This document shows positions 1 to 13,425 of a DNA stretch of 64,000 nucleotides, one piece after another. The DNA is taken from the NCBI RefSeq assembly GCF_009914755.1, contig NC_060926.1; one strand, written 5' to 3'. Under the pieces are notes generated by a model. The model had not been told where the DNA came from. It did not search any database and was given only the letters and a program-made list of their open reading frames with translations. The position numbers and the translations under genes are program-made. Every line of letters begins with the position of its first letter. The first letter of the stretch is position 1. Source of the stretch: the human T2T-CHM13v2.0 reference genome, Homo sapiens.

Positions 1-457
1 AAGGAAGGCTGGGTTTTTTATAAAAACTGAACTGCATTATTGTTCTATTTTGAGGAGCATTACCATCTTAACAATATTACATTTTCTGATCTATAAACGT
101 AAGATATCTTTACGTTTATTTAAGCATTTTTTAATATTTTTCAACGTTTGTAGTTTACAGTGTACAAGTCTGCACTTCCTGTTAAATTTATTTCTAAATG
201 TTTGGTTTTCTTCCTTTGGATGATGTTCTTTATTGCAAGTGCATAGAAATAAAATTGATTTTTATACATTATTCTTGTATCCTGCATACTTTATGAGCCA
301 GTTTATTAGTTGTAATAGATTTCTTAGTGGATTAATTAGGATTTACCATATACAAAATAATGTCATTTGCTGAAAGGGATAGTTTCCAATCTAGGTGTCT
401 TTTTCTTATTTTTCTTGTCATATTATTCTAGCTGGGACCTTCAGTACAATGTTGAAT
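1..457 (-). mobile_element. Old L1M fragment (ORF2 RT region, antisense)
   Basis: Resembles antisense L1 ORF2, e.g. 'gctgggaccttcagtacaatgttgaat' (LFNIVLEVLA region); heavily diverged. Confidence 0.7.
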
Positions 458-473
458 TAAAAATATTTGTTGT

Positions 474-772
474 GGCCAGGTGCAGTGGCTCACACCTGTA
501 ATCCCAGCACTTTGGGAGGCAAGGCGGTCGGATCACGAGGTCAGGAGATCGAGACCATCCTGGCTAACATGGTGAAACCCTGTACCTATTAAAAATACAC
601 AAAATTAGCCGGGTGTGGTCGCGGGCACCTGTAGTCCCAACTGCTCCGGAGGCTGAGGCAGGAGAATGGCGTGAACCCGGGAGGCAGAGCTTGCAAGTGA
701 GCTGAGATTGCGCCACTGCATTCCAGCCTGGGTGACAGAGCAAGACTCCGTCTCAAAAAAAAAACAAAAAAA
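474..772 (+). mobile_element. AluY
   Basis: Full dimer with A tail; Y-type diagnostics 'gagatcgagaccatcctggctaac' and 'gaatggcgtgaacc'. Confidence 0.92.
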
Positions 773-2460
773 TTGTTAATTTTATTGAGGATCCCTTATA
801 TGTGATGAGTTGGATCTCTTCTACTGCTTTCAAAATTATCTCTGTTTTTTGAGTTTGATTGTGATGTGAGTAGGTGTGTAGTTCTTTGAATTTATACTAA
901 ATGGATTTCATTGAACTTTTTGTATGTGCAGATAAATATTATCATCAAATTTGAGAGATTTTGAACAATGAAAACACATGGACACAGGAAGGGGAACATC
1001 ACACTCTGGGGACTGTTGTGGGGTTGGGGGAGGGGGGAGGGATAGCATTAGGAGATATACCTAATGCTAAATGACGAGTTAATGGGTGCAGCACACCAGC
1101 ATGGCACATGTATACATATGTAACTAACCTGCATATTGTGCACATGTACCCTAAAACTTAAAGTATAATAATAAAAAAAATTTTGAGAGATTTTAAGCCA
1201 TAAATTCTTCATATATTCTTTCTACCCCTTTCTTCCTTCTCCTTCTGGATATTTTATTATGGATATATTGGTATGCTTGACGGTGTCCACAGGTTTCTTA
1301 GGCTCTGTTCATTTTCTTTACTTTTTTTTTTTCCTTTCTCTTCCTCAGACTAGATAATCCCCATTGGCCTATATTCATGTTCAATTATTTCTTCTGCTTA
1401 TAGCTGAAATCTATTTCTAATTCCTCTATTTTATTTTCAATTATTTTAATTTAAATCCAGAATTTCTATACGGTTTGTAAAAAATAATTTATATCTTTGT
1501 ATCGATATTCTGTACTTGGTGAGGCATCGTTCCATACTATAATTGTTTAGACAGTTTTCTTTTTTTTTTGGTCATATTTATAATAGCTGTTTAATGTCTG
1601 TCTTGTCTAATGAGTCTAATACCTGGGCTTTTTCAGGAACCAGTTTCTTTTGACTTCTGTTTTTGTTTTTCTGTGTATGGGTTATACTTTCCTGTTTATC
1701 ATGTCTTATATATTTTTGTTGTTTTGTTTAAAAATGGGACATTTAAAATAATATAATGTTGCAACTCTGAAAATCTAAGTTCTGTGCTCTCGCATTCTAT
1801 GCTTTCCTATGGGTTATTATTGTTGCTCATTGTTGTTGGTGGTGATTGTGGTTACATTTTTTTGTTTTGAGACTTTCCTCAACTAATTCTGTAAAGTCAG
1901 TCTTTTCATTTGAAGCTACTTAAGTTTCTGTTCAAGTATGTATGTTAGTGTTCAGATGACGACTGGACATAGATTTCCTTAAGTGCCTGGAACCACCTTC
2001 CAGCCTTTGCCAAGGTGTTCTATGCATTGGAGCATGCCTGCAATGCACCAGAAGACAGTATACAAGTCTGCCTTTTAGCCTTTATTTCCACTTGTGCAGA
2101 ACCTCAAGTTAACCAGGGATGAGAGATTAGAGCCTTCTCAGGACTTTCCTTCTAGAGTCCCAGGAAAATGTTGGTGCTTTTCAAAGCCCTGTATGGATAT
2201 CTAATTCTCTAACCTTCCTTTTTAAGTTTTTTTTTTTTTTTTGTCAGATTTTTGTTAGTCTCAACTGTTATCACCACCTCAGGGATCTTTAATGTTAAAT
2301 AATTTTACCTTTTGGCTTTGACAGATGTCTAGGGAAAAGAGTGTTGGCGATGCCTGAGCACTGAGTCAGGTCAAAGGAAGTCAAGCCCCTGGGTGGGGGA
2401 TCTAGAGAACTGCTAGACAGGTCAAATCATCATATTATTTTGGAACGGGGCTTTTTGTGG
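773..2460 (-). mobile_element. Old L1M ORF1/5' region (antisense), interrupted by L1PA at 963-1180
   Basis: T-rich sequence resembling antisense L1M ORF1 ('tgttaattttattgaggatcccttatatgtgatgagt'); boundaries approximate. Confidence 0.6.
963..1180 (+). mobile_element. 5'-truncated young L1PA (PA2/PA3-like) 3' UTR
   Basis: Near-consensus L1 3' UTR with G-tract and A tail; 'atgacGAGttaatggg' (not the L1HS ACA); TSD tttgagagatttt at 950-962 and 1182-1194. Confidence 0.93.
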
Positions 2461-2499
2461 GGCTCCATATGGGAAAAGTTATAATGGAATCCTTTCTTT

Positions 2500-5407
2500 A
2501 CAACAACTGACATTTTGAGAATAATATTTAAAAACTCAATCAAAAATGTAGGCAATTATGTTTCAATTTTGGAAGTGGAAAGTCTTTTAAAATAAAAACA
2601 AAAAGATCTAATTCTAAATTATTGGAAACAATCTGCTGATATAAAAATTAAAAATATTTTTATCAAAACATGACTTAAAAATGAAAAGATAAGTTATAAA
2701 TGGTGAACATATATTCCAAGTCACAAAATTGACAACGGATTGTATAAAGAATACCAGTCAAATTTAATGAACTAGAACAGTGTACAAAAATGAGTGTTAC
2801 AAAGAGAAAATTATAATTTCCTACATATTATATACAGTAAAATGTCTTTGTAAAATGAGGATAAAGGAAATACTCCTTTATCCTCATAAGAATGTAAAGC
2901 AATATTATGATTGCATGTAACTTACAACAGAGCCTTAAAATATTTAAAGTAGATATGGTAGAAATACAAAACTGAAATAGCCAAAATATACCTACTTAGA
3001 TGCTGAGAAATGAAATTAATTAAAAATGATCAAGAACACAGAAGGTGTAAACAACATTAAATAAAAGCTTTGTATGATAGACACATATGAAAACTTGTAT
3101 CTATTTTTGTTAACTAATTTTTTCGTTAAACAAACATAGGTAATTTTTAAAAACTGACCAGTTCACAAAACATTTCATAATAAAGTGCATGTTCTTTGAC
3201 CATGACAAAATAAAATTAACAGTTAATTCTACATAGTAGCATATGTTTAGAATCTTAAAAGAAAAAGAAAAAGCTTGTTTACAATTCTAAAAAATTAAAA
3301 ATGGAATTCTAAATTATTTTTATTTGAAATATAATAAAAGCAAAAATTATCAAAATTTGTAAATATAGATAATGCAGGATATTGAAAGCATTAAGCACAT
3401 TTATAAAAAATCAATAAATGAACTAAATGAACTATGCATTCAACTAAAAAACTAGAAAACAACAAAAAAATTACCCATGATGAACCAAAAGAAAAGAAAT
3501 CAATAAAAGCAAAAATCAGAGGTTAGAAAACAATACAGTCCAGGTGATCAAACATAAGAGCAACATCAGAAGTTGATTCACTGAAAATATTCTATTAGAA
3601 ACAAAAGTACAATTTTAAAAAATATTAGAAGCCAGAAGAAGACATAGTTACAAAGTTTGCAAAGCATTTTAAATATTTAAGAAGTCTAACTCAATAATAA
3701 TACTTGAATATTTTGAACAAATGAATAATCATTCAAGGAAGGAAACATAAATCATTCAAAATTGATGCAAGGTAAAAAGTAAACTTAAATATTATAATAA
3801 TAAAGTAAATTATAGTGGTAGTCAAGTATTTTACAAAAGAGGGACAATGCCTTATAAGTTTTTGTTCCCTAAGCAAGTGATGATCAATAATTCATATCTT
3901 ACACACAATGTCTCAGAGAAAATAATAAATAGGAAAACGATTCGACTCATTTTATTATTCTGGTATACCATATTATAATTGAACAAAGATAATATAGGAA
4001 CAAGTTATAGGTTTTTTTACTTACCGACAGTGACGAAAAAATCTTAAATACAATAAAACATTATAAATCAATGCAGCATAAGATTGGGAAAGAGGGAGAA
4101 AGGAGGGAGAGAGAGAGAGAAAGAGACACAGAGAGAGAGGTATTAATGCATAATGTATGTTGGGCAGGTAGAACTTATCCGAGAATATAACGATGGTTGG
4201 ATGTTAATTAAAAACATTGATTTTTTCACAATTTAGAGGATTCTATAACCACAACATAATTGCAGATTTGATTAATTTAATGCACCCATATTTAAAAATT
4301 TCTAGCAAATTGGAAAAAGAAGGAATCTTTCTTAGCCTGGTAATATATATTATAAAAAGAAGGAAACAAAGTTCCCCTTGTTTTTGTATGATATTTTTTC
4401 CAGATATAACCAAAACAATTTTAGAACTAATAATTTTATATTATTAGAGAATTTACACATTCTAGTAAGTCAGAGATTTTGGATACAAGATAAACTAAAA
4501 ATATAGAGCATTCCTATACAACAATCAATGTTCTTTTCCAAATAGCAGCAAGGACTGTAAATTTCCCACAAAAATATCTAAATGTTGGCAAAGTTGATTA
4601 TATAAATATAATAAACAGTGTTATAGACTCACATAATATAATAAATGAAAATATAACTCATATCTTCTTTGAGAAGACAAACAGCATAAAGAAGTCAATT
4701 TTTCACAAATCTTAGTATGTACATTTGATAATATAAGTTGAACCATCTGATATTGCCAATATTTAACCATTTTATATGCACAAACATTATAATGTGACAA
4801 AATAATTATAAAATACTTATGAAACATTAATTTCTAACAAAAGACTACATAATTCTTCAAAAAATAGAGGAAAAAAGGAAGGGAAGCAGGAGAGGAAGGG
4901 AGGGAGGTAGAGGAGGAAGAAGGAGGGTGATGTAGAAAATTGCCCTCGCTAGTATCTAATATAAAGCCAAACAGCCAAATTATTAAAGAAAAAAGATTAA
5001 TAAAATGGACTTCACCACAATTTGAAATGTTTTCTTAATCAAAGGCAAAATAAAAATCAAAATAAGTCTAGAGAATGGGAGATACATATACAATACACAT
5101 AAAAGAAGAATTCTTATCAGGAATATTTCAAAATCCTGTAAATCTTTAATAACACATATAACCAAATAAAACTAGTTATATGGTCAATATGTCACTGAGC
5201 TAAATGGTCAAGAAACAGGTGAAAAGATATTCAGCCTTACTAAAACTTAAGGAAAAAACAAGAAAGCTATAAAATAATTTTCTCACCCATGATTCTGGCA
5301 AAATTTTAAAATCATGGCAATAGCAGATGTATGCGAAGTGTAAAACAAGGTATAAACATTTGGTACATTAATTTTGTCAATATTAAGTAAAATGTAAAGT
5401 GTACATG
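2500..5407 (+). mobile_element. Degenerate L1M/L1ME segments (ORF2 and 3' region)
   Basis: A-rich sequence with residual L1 ORF2 motifs (e.g. 'atgttctttgaccatgacaaaataaaatta'); GA-rich simple repeats at ~4085-4140 and ~4865-4935. Confidence 0.55.
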
Positions 5408-8400
5408 GTCTACAATTACATGGAGATTGAATAACTTGCTCCTGAATGATTTTGGGGTAAATAATAAAATCAAGGCAGAAATCAAGAAGTTCTTTGAAAC
5501 TAATCGGAAAAAATGTACAATGTATGAGAATCTCTGGGACACAGCTAAGGCGGTTTTAAGAGGGGAAATTATAGCACTAAATGCCCACATCAAAAAGTTG
5601 GAAATATCTCAAGTTAACAACCTAACATCACAACTAAAAGAACTAGAGAACCAACAGCAAACAAATCCCAAAGGTAGCACAAGACAAGAAATAACCAAAA
5701 TCAGAGCTGAACTGAAGGAAACAGAGACACAAGAAACCATTCAAAAGGTCAACAAATCCGGGAGTTAGTTTTTTGAAAAAATAAAATAAAATAAAATAGA
5801 TGGCTAGCTAGTCTAATAAATAAAAGAGAGAAAATTCAAATAAACACAATCAGAAAGGATAACAGGGACACTACCACTGATCCCACAGAAATGCAAACAA
5901 CCATCAGAGAATATTATAAACACCTCTATGCACATAAACTAGAAAATCTAGCAAAAAAATTGATAAATTGCTGGACACATACACCCTCCCAAGACTGAAA
6001 CAGGAAGAAATTGAATCCTTGAGCAGACCAATAATGAGTTCTGAAATTGAGGCAGTAATACATAGCCTACCTACAAAAAAAAAAGCCCAGTACCAGACAG
6101 CTTTCACACTTGAATTCTACCAGATGTACAAAGAAGAGCTGGTACCATTACTACTGAAACTATTGCAAAAATATTGAAAAGGAGGGACTCCTCTCTAACT
6201 CATTCAATGAGACCAGCATCATCCTGATACCAAAACCTGGCAGAAATAAAACAACAACAACAACAAAACTTCAGGCCAATAGCCTTGATGAACATCGATA
6301 CAAAATTGTCAACAAAAAACTGGCAAACCGAATCCAGCAGTACATCAAAAAGCTTATCCACTACGATCAAGTTGGCTTCATCTCCAGGATGCAAGGTTGG
6401 TTCACATATGCACATCAGGAAATGTGATTCATCACATAAACAGAAATAAAGACAAAAACCACACGATTATCTCAATAGATGTAGAAAAGGCTTTCAATAA
6501 AATTCAACATTCCTTCATGTTAAAAACTCTCAATATACTAGATATTGAAGGAACATACCTCAAAATGTTAAGAGCTATCTATGACAAACCCACAGGCAAC
6601 ATCATACTGAATGGGCAAAAGCTAGAGACATTCCCCTTGAAAACCGGCACAAGACAAGGATGCCTTTCTTACTACTCCTATTCAACATAGTACTGGACGT
6701 TCCAGCCAGAGCAATCAGGCAAGAGAAAGAAATAAAGCGCACTCAAAAAGGAAGAGAGGGAGTCAAACTATCCATGTTTGCAGGTGACATGATCCTATAT
6801 CTAGAAAACCCCATCATCTTAGCCCAAAACCTTCTTAAGCTGATAAGCAACTTTAGCAAAGGCTCAGGATATAAAAATCAATATGCAAAAATCACTAGCA
6901 TCCTATACACGAACAGCAGTCAAGCGAAGAGCTAAAATGAATTTCCATTCACAATTTCCATAAAAAGCATAAAATACCAAGAAGTACAGTTAACTAGGGA
7001 GTTGAAAGATCTCTACAAGAAGAGCTACAAACCACTGCTCAAAGAAATCAGAGATGACACAAACATATGGAAAATCATTCTATGTTAATGGATAGGAAGA
7101 ATCAGTATCGTGAAAATGGCCATACTGCCCAAAGCAATTTATAGATTCAATGCTATTCCCACTAAACTATCATTTACATTCTTTACAGAACTGGAAAAAC
7201 CTATTTTAGCATTCTTATGGAACCAAAAAAGAGCCCAAAAAAGAGCCCAAAGCATCACATTACCCAACTCCAGACCATGCTACAGGGCTACAGTAACCAA
7301 AACAGTATGGTACTGGTACAAGAACAGACATATAGACCAACGGAACAGAATACAGAACTCAGAAATAAGGCCACACACCTACAACTATCTGATCTTCAAC
7401 ACACCTGACAAAAACAAGCAATGGGGAAAGGATTCCCTATTTAATAAGTGGCGCTGGGATAACTGTCTAGCCATATGCAGAAGATTGAAACTGTGACCCT
7501 TCCTTACACCATATACAGCATCAACTCAAGATGGGTTAAAGACTTAAGTGTAAAACCCAGAAGTATACAAATCCTGGAAGACAACCTAGGCAATACCATT
7601 AAGGACATAGGCACGGGCAAAAGTTTTATGACTAAGACGCCAAAAGCAATTGTAACAAAAGCAAAAATTAACAAACGGGATCTATTTAAACTAAAGAGCT
7701 TCTGCACAGCAAAATAAAATATGAACAGAGTAAGCAAACAATTTACAGACTGGGAGAAAATTTTTGCAAACTATGCATCTGACTAAAGTCTAATAATCAG
7801 CATCTATAAGGAACTTAAATTTACGAAAACAAAAAAAAAACATTAAAAAGTGGGCAAATGATATGAACAGACACTTTTCAAAAGAAGACATACATGTGGC
7901 CAGCAATCAAATGAAAAAAAAAAAAAAACTCAACATCACTGATCATTAGTGAAATGCAAATTAAAACCACAATGAGGTTGGACGCAGTGGCTCACATCTG
8001 TAATCACAACACTTTGGGAAATCAAAGAGGGCAAATCAATTAAGGTTGGGAGTTCAAGACCAGCTTCGCTAACATGGCAAAATCTCATTTCTACTAAAAA
8101 TACAAAAATTAGCCAGGCATGGTGGTGTGCACCTGTAATTCCAGCTACTCAGGAGGCTGAGGCACGATAATCACTTGAATCCACGTGGCAGAAGTTGCCG
8201 TGAGCAGATAGTTCCACTGCACTCCAGCCTGGGCGACAGAGAGAGACTCTGTCTCAAAAACAAACAAACAAACACTGTGAGATACCATCTAACACCAGTG
8301 AGAATGACTATTATTAAAAAGTCAAAAAATAACAGATGTTGGCAAGGTTGTAGAGAAAAAGGAATGCTCATACACTGTTGGTGGGAGTGTTAATTAGCTC

Positions 8401-9005
8401 AGCTATGGTGGAAGACAGTGTAGTGATTTCCCAAAGAACTAAAGACAGAAATACCATTCGATCCAGCAATCCCATTACTGTATATATATATCCAAAGGAG
8501 TATAAATCATTCTATTATAAAGACACATGCACGTATATGTTCATTGCAGCACTATTCACAATAGCAAAGACATGGATCAACCTAAATGTCCGTTAGTAAT
8601 AGACTAGATAGAGAAAATATAGTACATATACACTATGGAATATTATGCAATCATAAAAAGGAATGAGATCATGTCCTTTGCAAGGACATGGATGCAGCTG
8701 GAGGCCATTATCCTTAGCAAAGTAACACAGGAACAGAAAACCAAATATCACACATTCACACTTATAAAGTGGGAACTAAATGATGAGAGCTCATGGACAC
8801 ATGGAGAGGAACAACACACAATGGGGACTTTTGGATGGAGATGAAAGGAGAGAGAGGAACAGGAGAAACAACTAATGGCTACTAGGTTAATACCTGGATG
8901 ATGAAATAATCTGTACAACAAATCCGCACGACACAAGTCTACCTATGTAACAAATGGGCACTTATATCCCTGAGCTTAAAATAAAGTTAAAAAAATCAAA
9001 AAATT
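5408..9005 (+). mobile_element. 5'-truncated L1PA (PA11-15-like), ~3.3 kb of L1, disrupted ORF2
   Basis: ORF-track fragments match L1 ORF2p ([47 protein letters not shown]); primate 3' UTR; TSD aagtgtacatg at 5397-5407 and 9006-9016. Confidence 0.93.
7976..8272 (+). mobile_element. AluS nested inside the L1PA
   Basis: Alu dimer with (AAAC)n tail interrupting L1 'aaaaccacaatgag|ataccatct'. Confidence 0.9.
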
Positions 9006-9016
9006 AAGTGTACATG

Positions 9017-9610
9017 CTTATGACAAAGTAAGACCCCTTGCCAAGAATCTCTTGAAAATCATCCCAAAGAGACACATACAAGCATTTTTTTATCACGACA
9101 TTGTTTACAACATGTAAAATTTCAAAGCAATTGAAATGTCTAATAGAAGAATATGAGCAAATAAAATTAAATCTGTTCCTACAATTAAATACTATATGTT
9201 ACTTGTAAGAAATAAATTACATCAATATATAACCGTAGATTTCAAAAAAGAATATTGAGAGAAACGTGATTTCTAGAAAGTATATAAAAATGACTACATT
9301 CACTAATATAAAAAACATATCAAAAATAATGGGAAAATTAAAATGTAGGCAGCAGTACTTTTAAAAGAACTAGAAGGCTATTAACTTAATATATGCCAGT
9401 GGTGACTTCAGAGAAAGACAAGGCAACTGGCTGTAGAGAATAAGAGAAATTCTAACTTTACAGTATTTATATACAAAAATTAAAGCAAATACAATAAATG
9501 AATACTGTCAATATTAGGTTTTGGTTGTATGGGTGTTTATTATAAAATCTGCATTTTGAGTTTGCTGCATTTTTTATTTGCCTGTGTTTTTTAATTAAAA
9601 AATAAAAGCA
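9017..9610 (+). mobile_element. L1ME 3' region (continuation of the host element)
   Basis: Diverged L1ME-like 3' UTR resuming after the TSD. Confidence 0.5.
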
Positions 9611-12109
9611 TATTAACATCATCTCATTATAGGTCTATAATTTCTACCCTTTGATTGTTTTTCTTGTTGTTTTTGGTTGTTTTTTATCCTGACAAAGAAA
9701 AGTCATATATAAATGCAAGGGTCAACAGTACATCAGTTCACCTCCCTAAACCTTGAGGGATAGGATTAGATGATTTCTTAGTTCCCTCCTAGCAATATGA
9801 TGCTATGAAATCCTGCAGGAAGCAGCATATTTCTTTCACTACAAGGAGAGCCTCTCTCAAACAATTAATAATAGGTTTTTTTTCCTTGTGGTAAGCTCCT
9901 TTATTTTTATTATCTTCATATAATACCTGACCTGTCTGTGTATGCCAAATACTGCTGTGAAAATGAAAAGACCCTTCTAAGTGCGTAGCATCCTTATAGG
10001 ATTCATGGATGTGGAGGTGTTTAAATACTACCAGAATTGCATTGGAATAAATAATGTTCACCTTGACTGTGTTTAGAAAGTAGAATTGTTTTGTCAGCAC
10101 TCTAGGTAAGTATTTGAGTGAAAGAAAGCTTAAAGTTGAGGAACAGCTCAATAAACAATGCGCAAATGAAACAAAAACAGAAAAAACAAAAACAAAAACA
10201 ATCAGAATCTAAATTAACTCCTTATTCAAGAACTTGTGGGAAATGCAAAGAACCATTCTTAGGTGTAAAATGCTTGACTTAAAATGAACAGATGAATTAA
10301 ATGATTGGAGTGAAGAAGAATCACATGGGAAAAAGAATGATCCAGTGTTAACATTACTTCTCGAGAGAGTATGACATGGTGCTCAAGAGAGAGATTTTTA
10401 TTGCAAAGGAACATGAATGAGACTTTGAGGTGCTATGAATATTCTGTACTTGATGCAAGTATAAATTATATGGGTATTTGCCTTATAATGATTTGGTAAA
10501 TTATATGATTATGAACTATCCTATATAAAATCTTTATAGATAGATATGCATATATATGTATATACAAAGTCATATATGACTTTGTCATATGTGAAAGTAT
10601 ATACACAGATATATCTAAAGTACATACATAGATATATCTAACTGTAGAGTGAAAATTTTAAAAAGCATGTTTCCTTCACAGGTTGTCAAATGTTAAAAAA
10701 GAAAATGAAAAATTTGATGAAGTAGAAAAACAAGGTGAATGGCCACACATTGCGGGTTAGAATATAAATTGGTATAACCAATTTGGGACAATTATTTGGC
10801 ATCGTTTTAATAAAATGGAAAATGTATGTTGATTTCAACCCAGCAATTTCTCCCAGATTCTTACACTTGTGCACCCTCCCATTGTGCAGCCTCATCTCTG
10901 AGTGTCCAAAGTAAACTGCCCTTCATGTCATTGGATTTTAGTAACCTGACACTGGAGAGGAGGCAGATGGAGTAATAAGGGAAAAGTTAAAAATAACAAT
11001 ATCTGAGTCTCAGCTGTAGATCCATAAGTGCTTGGTTATATTTTAATGGCTAATTTACTTGCATTCATCTTCCACTTCACTGAGCCAGGAATTAGGTCTA
11101 TGTAACAATCATATCTTTCATGTCTATAATATGTATAGTACATAATAAGTTTTTAGTAAATTATGTATAAAATTCTGAAAAAATATTGAGAGAAGAAGCA
11201 TGAAGGAACATGGGCACAGTGTGGCTTTAACTCATTGTGGCCTCAAGGGAGCAGTGTTTCTGAGGAATTAGGACAACAGTGGTGATGGAGGTGGAGAGGG
11301 AAAGTCCCTGCCGTGAGTATCTGGCTCATGGTGAATCCCAGGAGATTGGTGATGACTTCATGTAACTTCTCAGACAGGAGAGGACTTAGCATTGATACCC
11401 TTGAGTGGCACTGGAGCAGATAAAGCACCACGGCCTTGAACTGGAGAAGCGAGCACAGGAGACAGCTGCTGGAGATATGACTGAAGGGGAACTTGCAGCT
11501 GGGTATGAGACCAGAATAGGCAGAAAATGCAAGGGCAGCAAAGAGACAGGTTATTTAAGTATAAAGGCAACGTGTGATTTTATAATGCAAAAATGCATCT
11601 AAATAATATAAAGTAATTTTCTTTAATAAACAAAGTCTGAAATAAGCCCTCACTAAAATATTTTAGAGATATATTGCTATGCTTTAACGTAATGCACTGA
11701 ACATAATTTAAGCTATTTTAATAATCCAAGGAATTCATTTTAAAATATTATTTACTCTATTTTATTATTTTCATTCCCATAGTAAATATTGAAATAGTGT
11801 TACACCTTTTAAACTAAATGGCCTGAGATGACCTAGATACGTAGGCCTTTAAAATTTTTGTACTAATTTTGTCCAGTTTTATGTGCCGCTATTAACTGAC
11901 AGCTACTTGTTCTTTCTTCTATCTTTGGGAACTCGCACACATTTTTTTGGTCCTCCCCCACCTCCTAATGTATATCTAATTATATTATTTAATCTTTCTA
12001 ATCTCTTACAGACTATGAAATCAAATATATCATATATTTGTTATAAATTTTCAATAGTAGAAAAAATAATGATTTAAATAAGAGATAAAATGGCTCCTTT
12101 TTCAGAATC

Positions 12110-12730
12110 AGCAATAGTATGACAGGTATATGAAAAGGTGTTCAGTGTCTCTAATCATCAGGAAAATGCAAATCAATACCACAAAGAAGTATCACCTCAC
12201 ATCTGTCAAAATGCCTATTATCATAAAGGCAAAAGATAGATGTTGATGAGAGTGTGAAAAAAAGATAACCAACACTGTTGGTGGGAATATAAATTGATAC
12301 GGCCATTATGGAAAACAGTATGAGGTTTCTCCAAAAATTAAAAGTAAGACTACCAGATGACTCTGTAATTCCCCTTCTGTGTAAATACCCCAAAGGAAAT
12401 AAAATCAGCACCTTTGTACCAGGGGCAGGGCAATGTGGGGGAGGGAATCAGAAGATGTAGGTCAAAGATAGAAAGGTACAGTTATGTAGGATGAATAAAT
12501 TTACAGACATAATTTTCAGCATAAGGAGTATGGTTAATACTATTTTATTGTATGCCGAAAATCTGCTGAGCAGAGTTCAGGTGCTCTTAATACAAAATAA
12601 AAGCATGCATGTGAGGAGACGGACACGTTAATATGTTTGACTGTAGCAATCATTTCATTGTGCATATGTTTATCAAAACATCATGTGGGTATGCCTTCAG
12701 TATATACTATATAAAATTTTAGTAAAAGTA
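12110..12730 (+). mobile_element. L1MA (MA7-9-like) 3' end with internal deletion
   Basis: 'ctaatcatcaggaaaatgcaaatcaa...ccaaaggaaataaaatcag' jumps to 'agatgtaggtcaaag...gtaggatgaataaa'. Confidence 0.75.
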
Positions 12731-12737
12731 ACAGCTA

Positions 12738-13200
12738 TGGTATTCCCCTTCCTGTGTCCATGTGATCTCATTGTTCAAGTCCCACCTATGAGTGAGAACA
12801 TGCAGTGTTTGGTTTTTTGTCCTTGCGATAGTTTGCTGAGAATGATGGTTTCCAGCTTCATCCGTGTCCCTACAAAGGACATGAACTCATCATTTTTTGT
12901 GGCTGCATATATTCCATGGTGTATATGTGCCACATTTTCTTAATCCAGTCTATCATTGTTGGACATGTGGGTTGGTTCCAAGTCTTTGCTGCACTGTTGT
13001 GGGGTGGGGGGAGGGGGGAGGGATAGCATTAGGAGATATACCCAATGCTAAATGACGAGTTAATGGGTGCAGCACACCAACATGGCACATGTATACATAT
13101 GTAACAAACCTTCACGTTGTGCACATATACCCTAAAACTTAAAGTATAATAATAATAAAATTTAAAAAAATAAAAAATAAAAAATAAAGAGGCATGGAAA
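12738..13200. mobile_element. Young L1PA (PA3-like) with 5' inversion
   Basis: Antisense 12738-12990 joined to sense 12993-13188; TSD aaaa(g/a)taacagcta at 12724-12737 and 13201-13214. Confidence 0.92.
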
Positions 13201-13214
13201 AAAAATAACAGCTA

Positions 13215-13425
13215 GAATTTATTAAACACTTATTAAGTGCCAGGCACTGTTCCAAGTTTTTCATATGTGTTCTTGAACTTAATCTTCCCAATAAACCTTA
13301 GGTATTATTTCCATTCTCACTTTTCAGATAATGACACTGAAGAACCAAAAAGTGAAGTTACTAGGTCAACATTACACATATGGTAAGTGTGTTTCAAACT
13401 TGAACAGTCTTGATCCAGTGTCTTG
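13215..13425 (-). mobile_element. MIR
   Basis: 'tttattaaacacttattaagtgccaggcactgtt...ttttcagataatgacactga' matches antisense MIR. Confidence 0.7.

Noticed and set aside
5427-8844. Reverse transcriptase-like ORFs
   Set aside because: Frameshifted pieces of L1 ORF2p, not an intact RT or a novel retroelement system.
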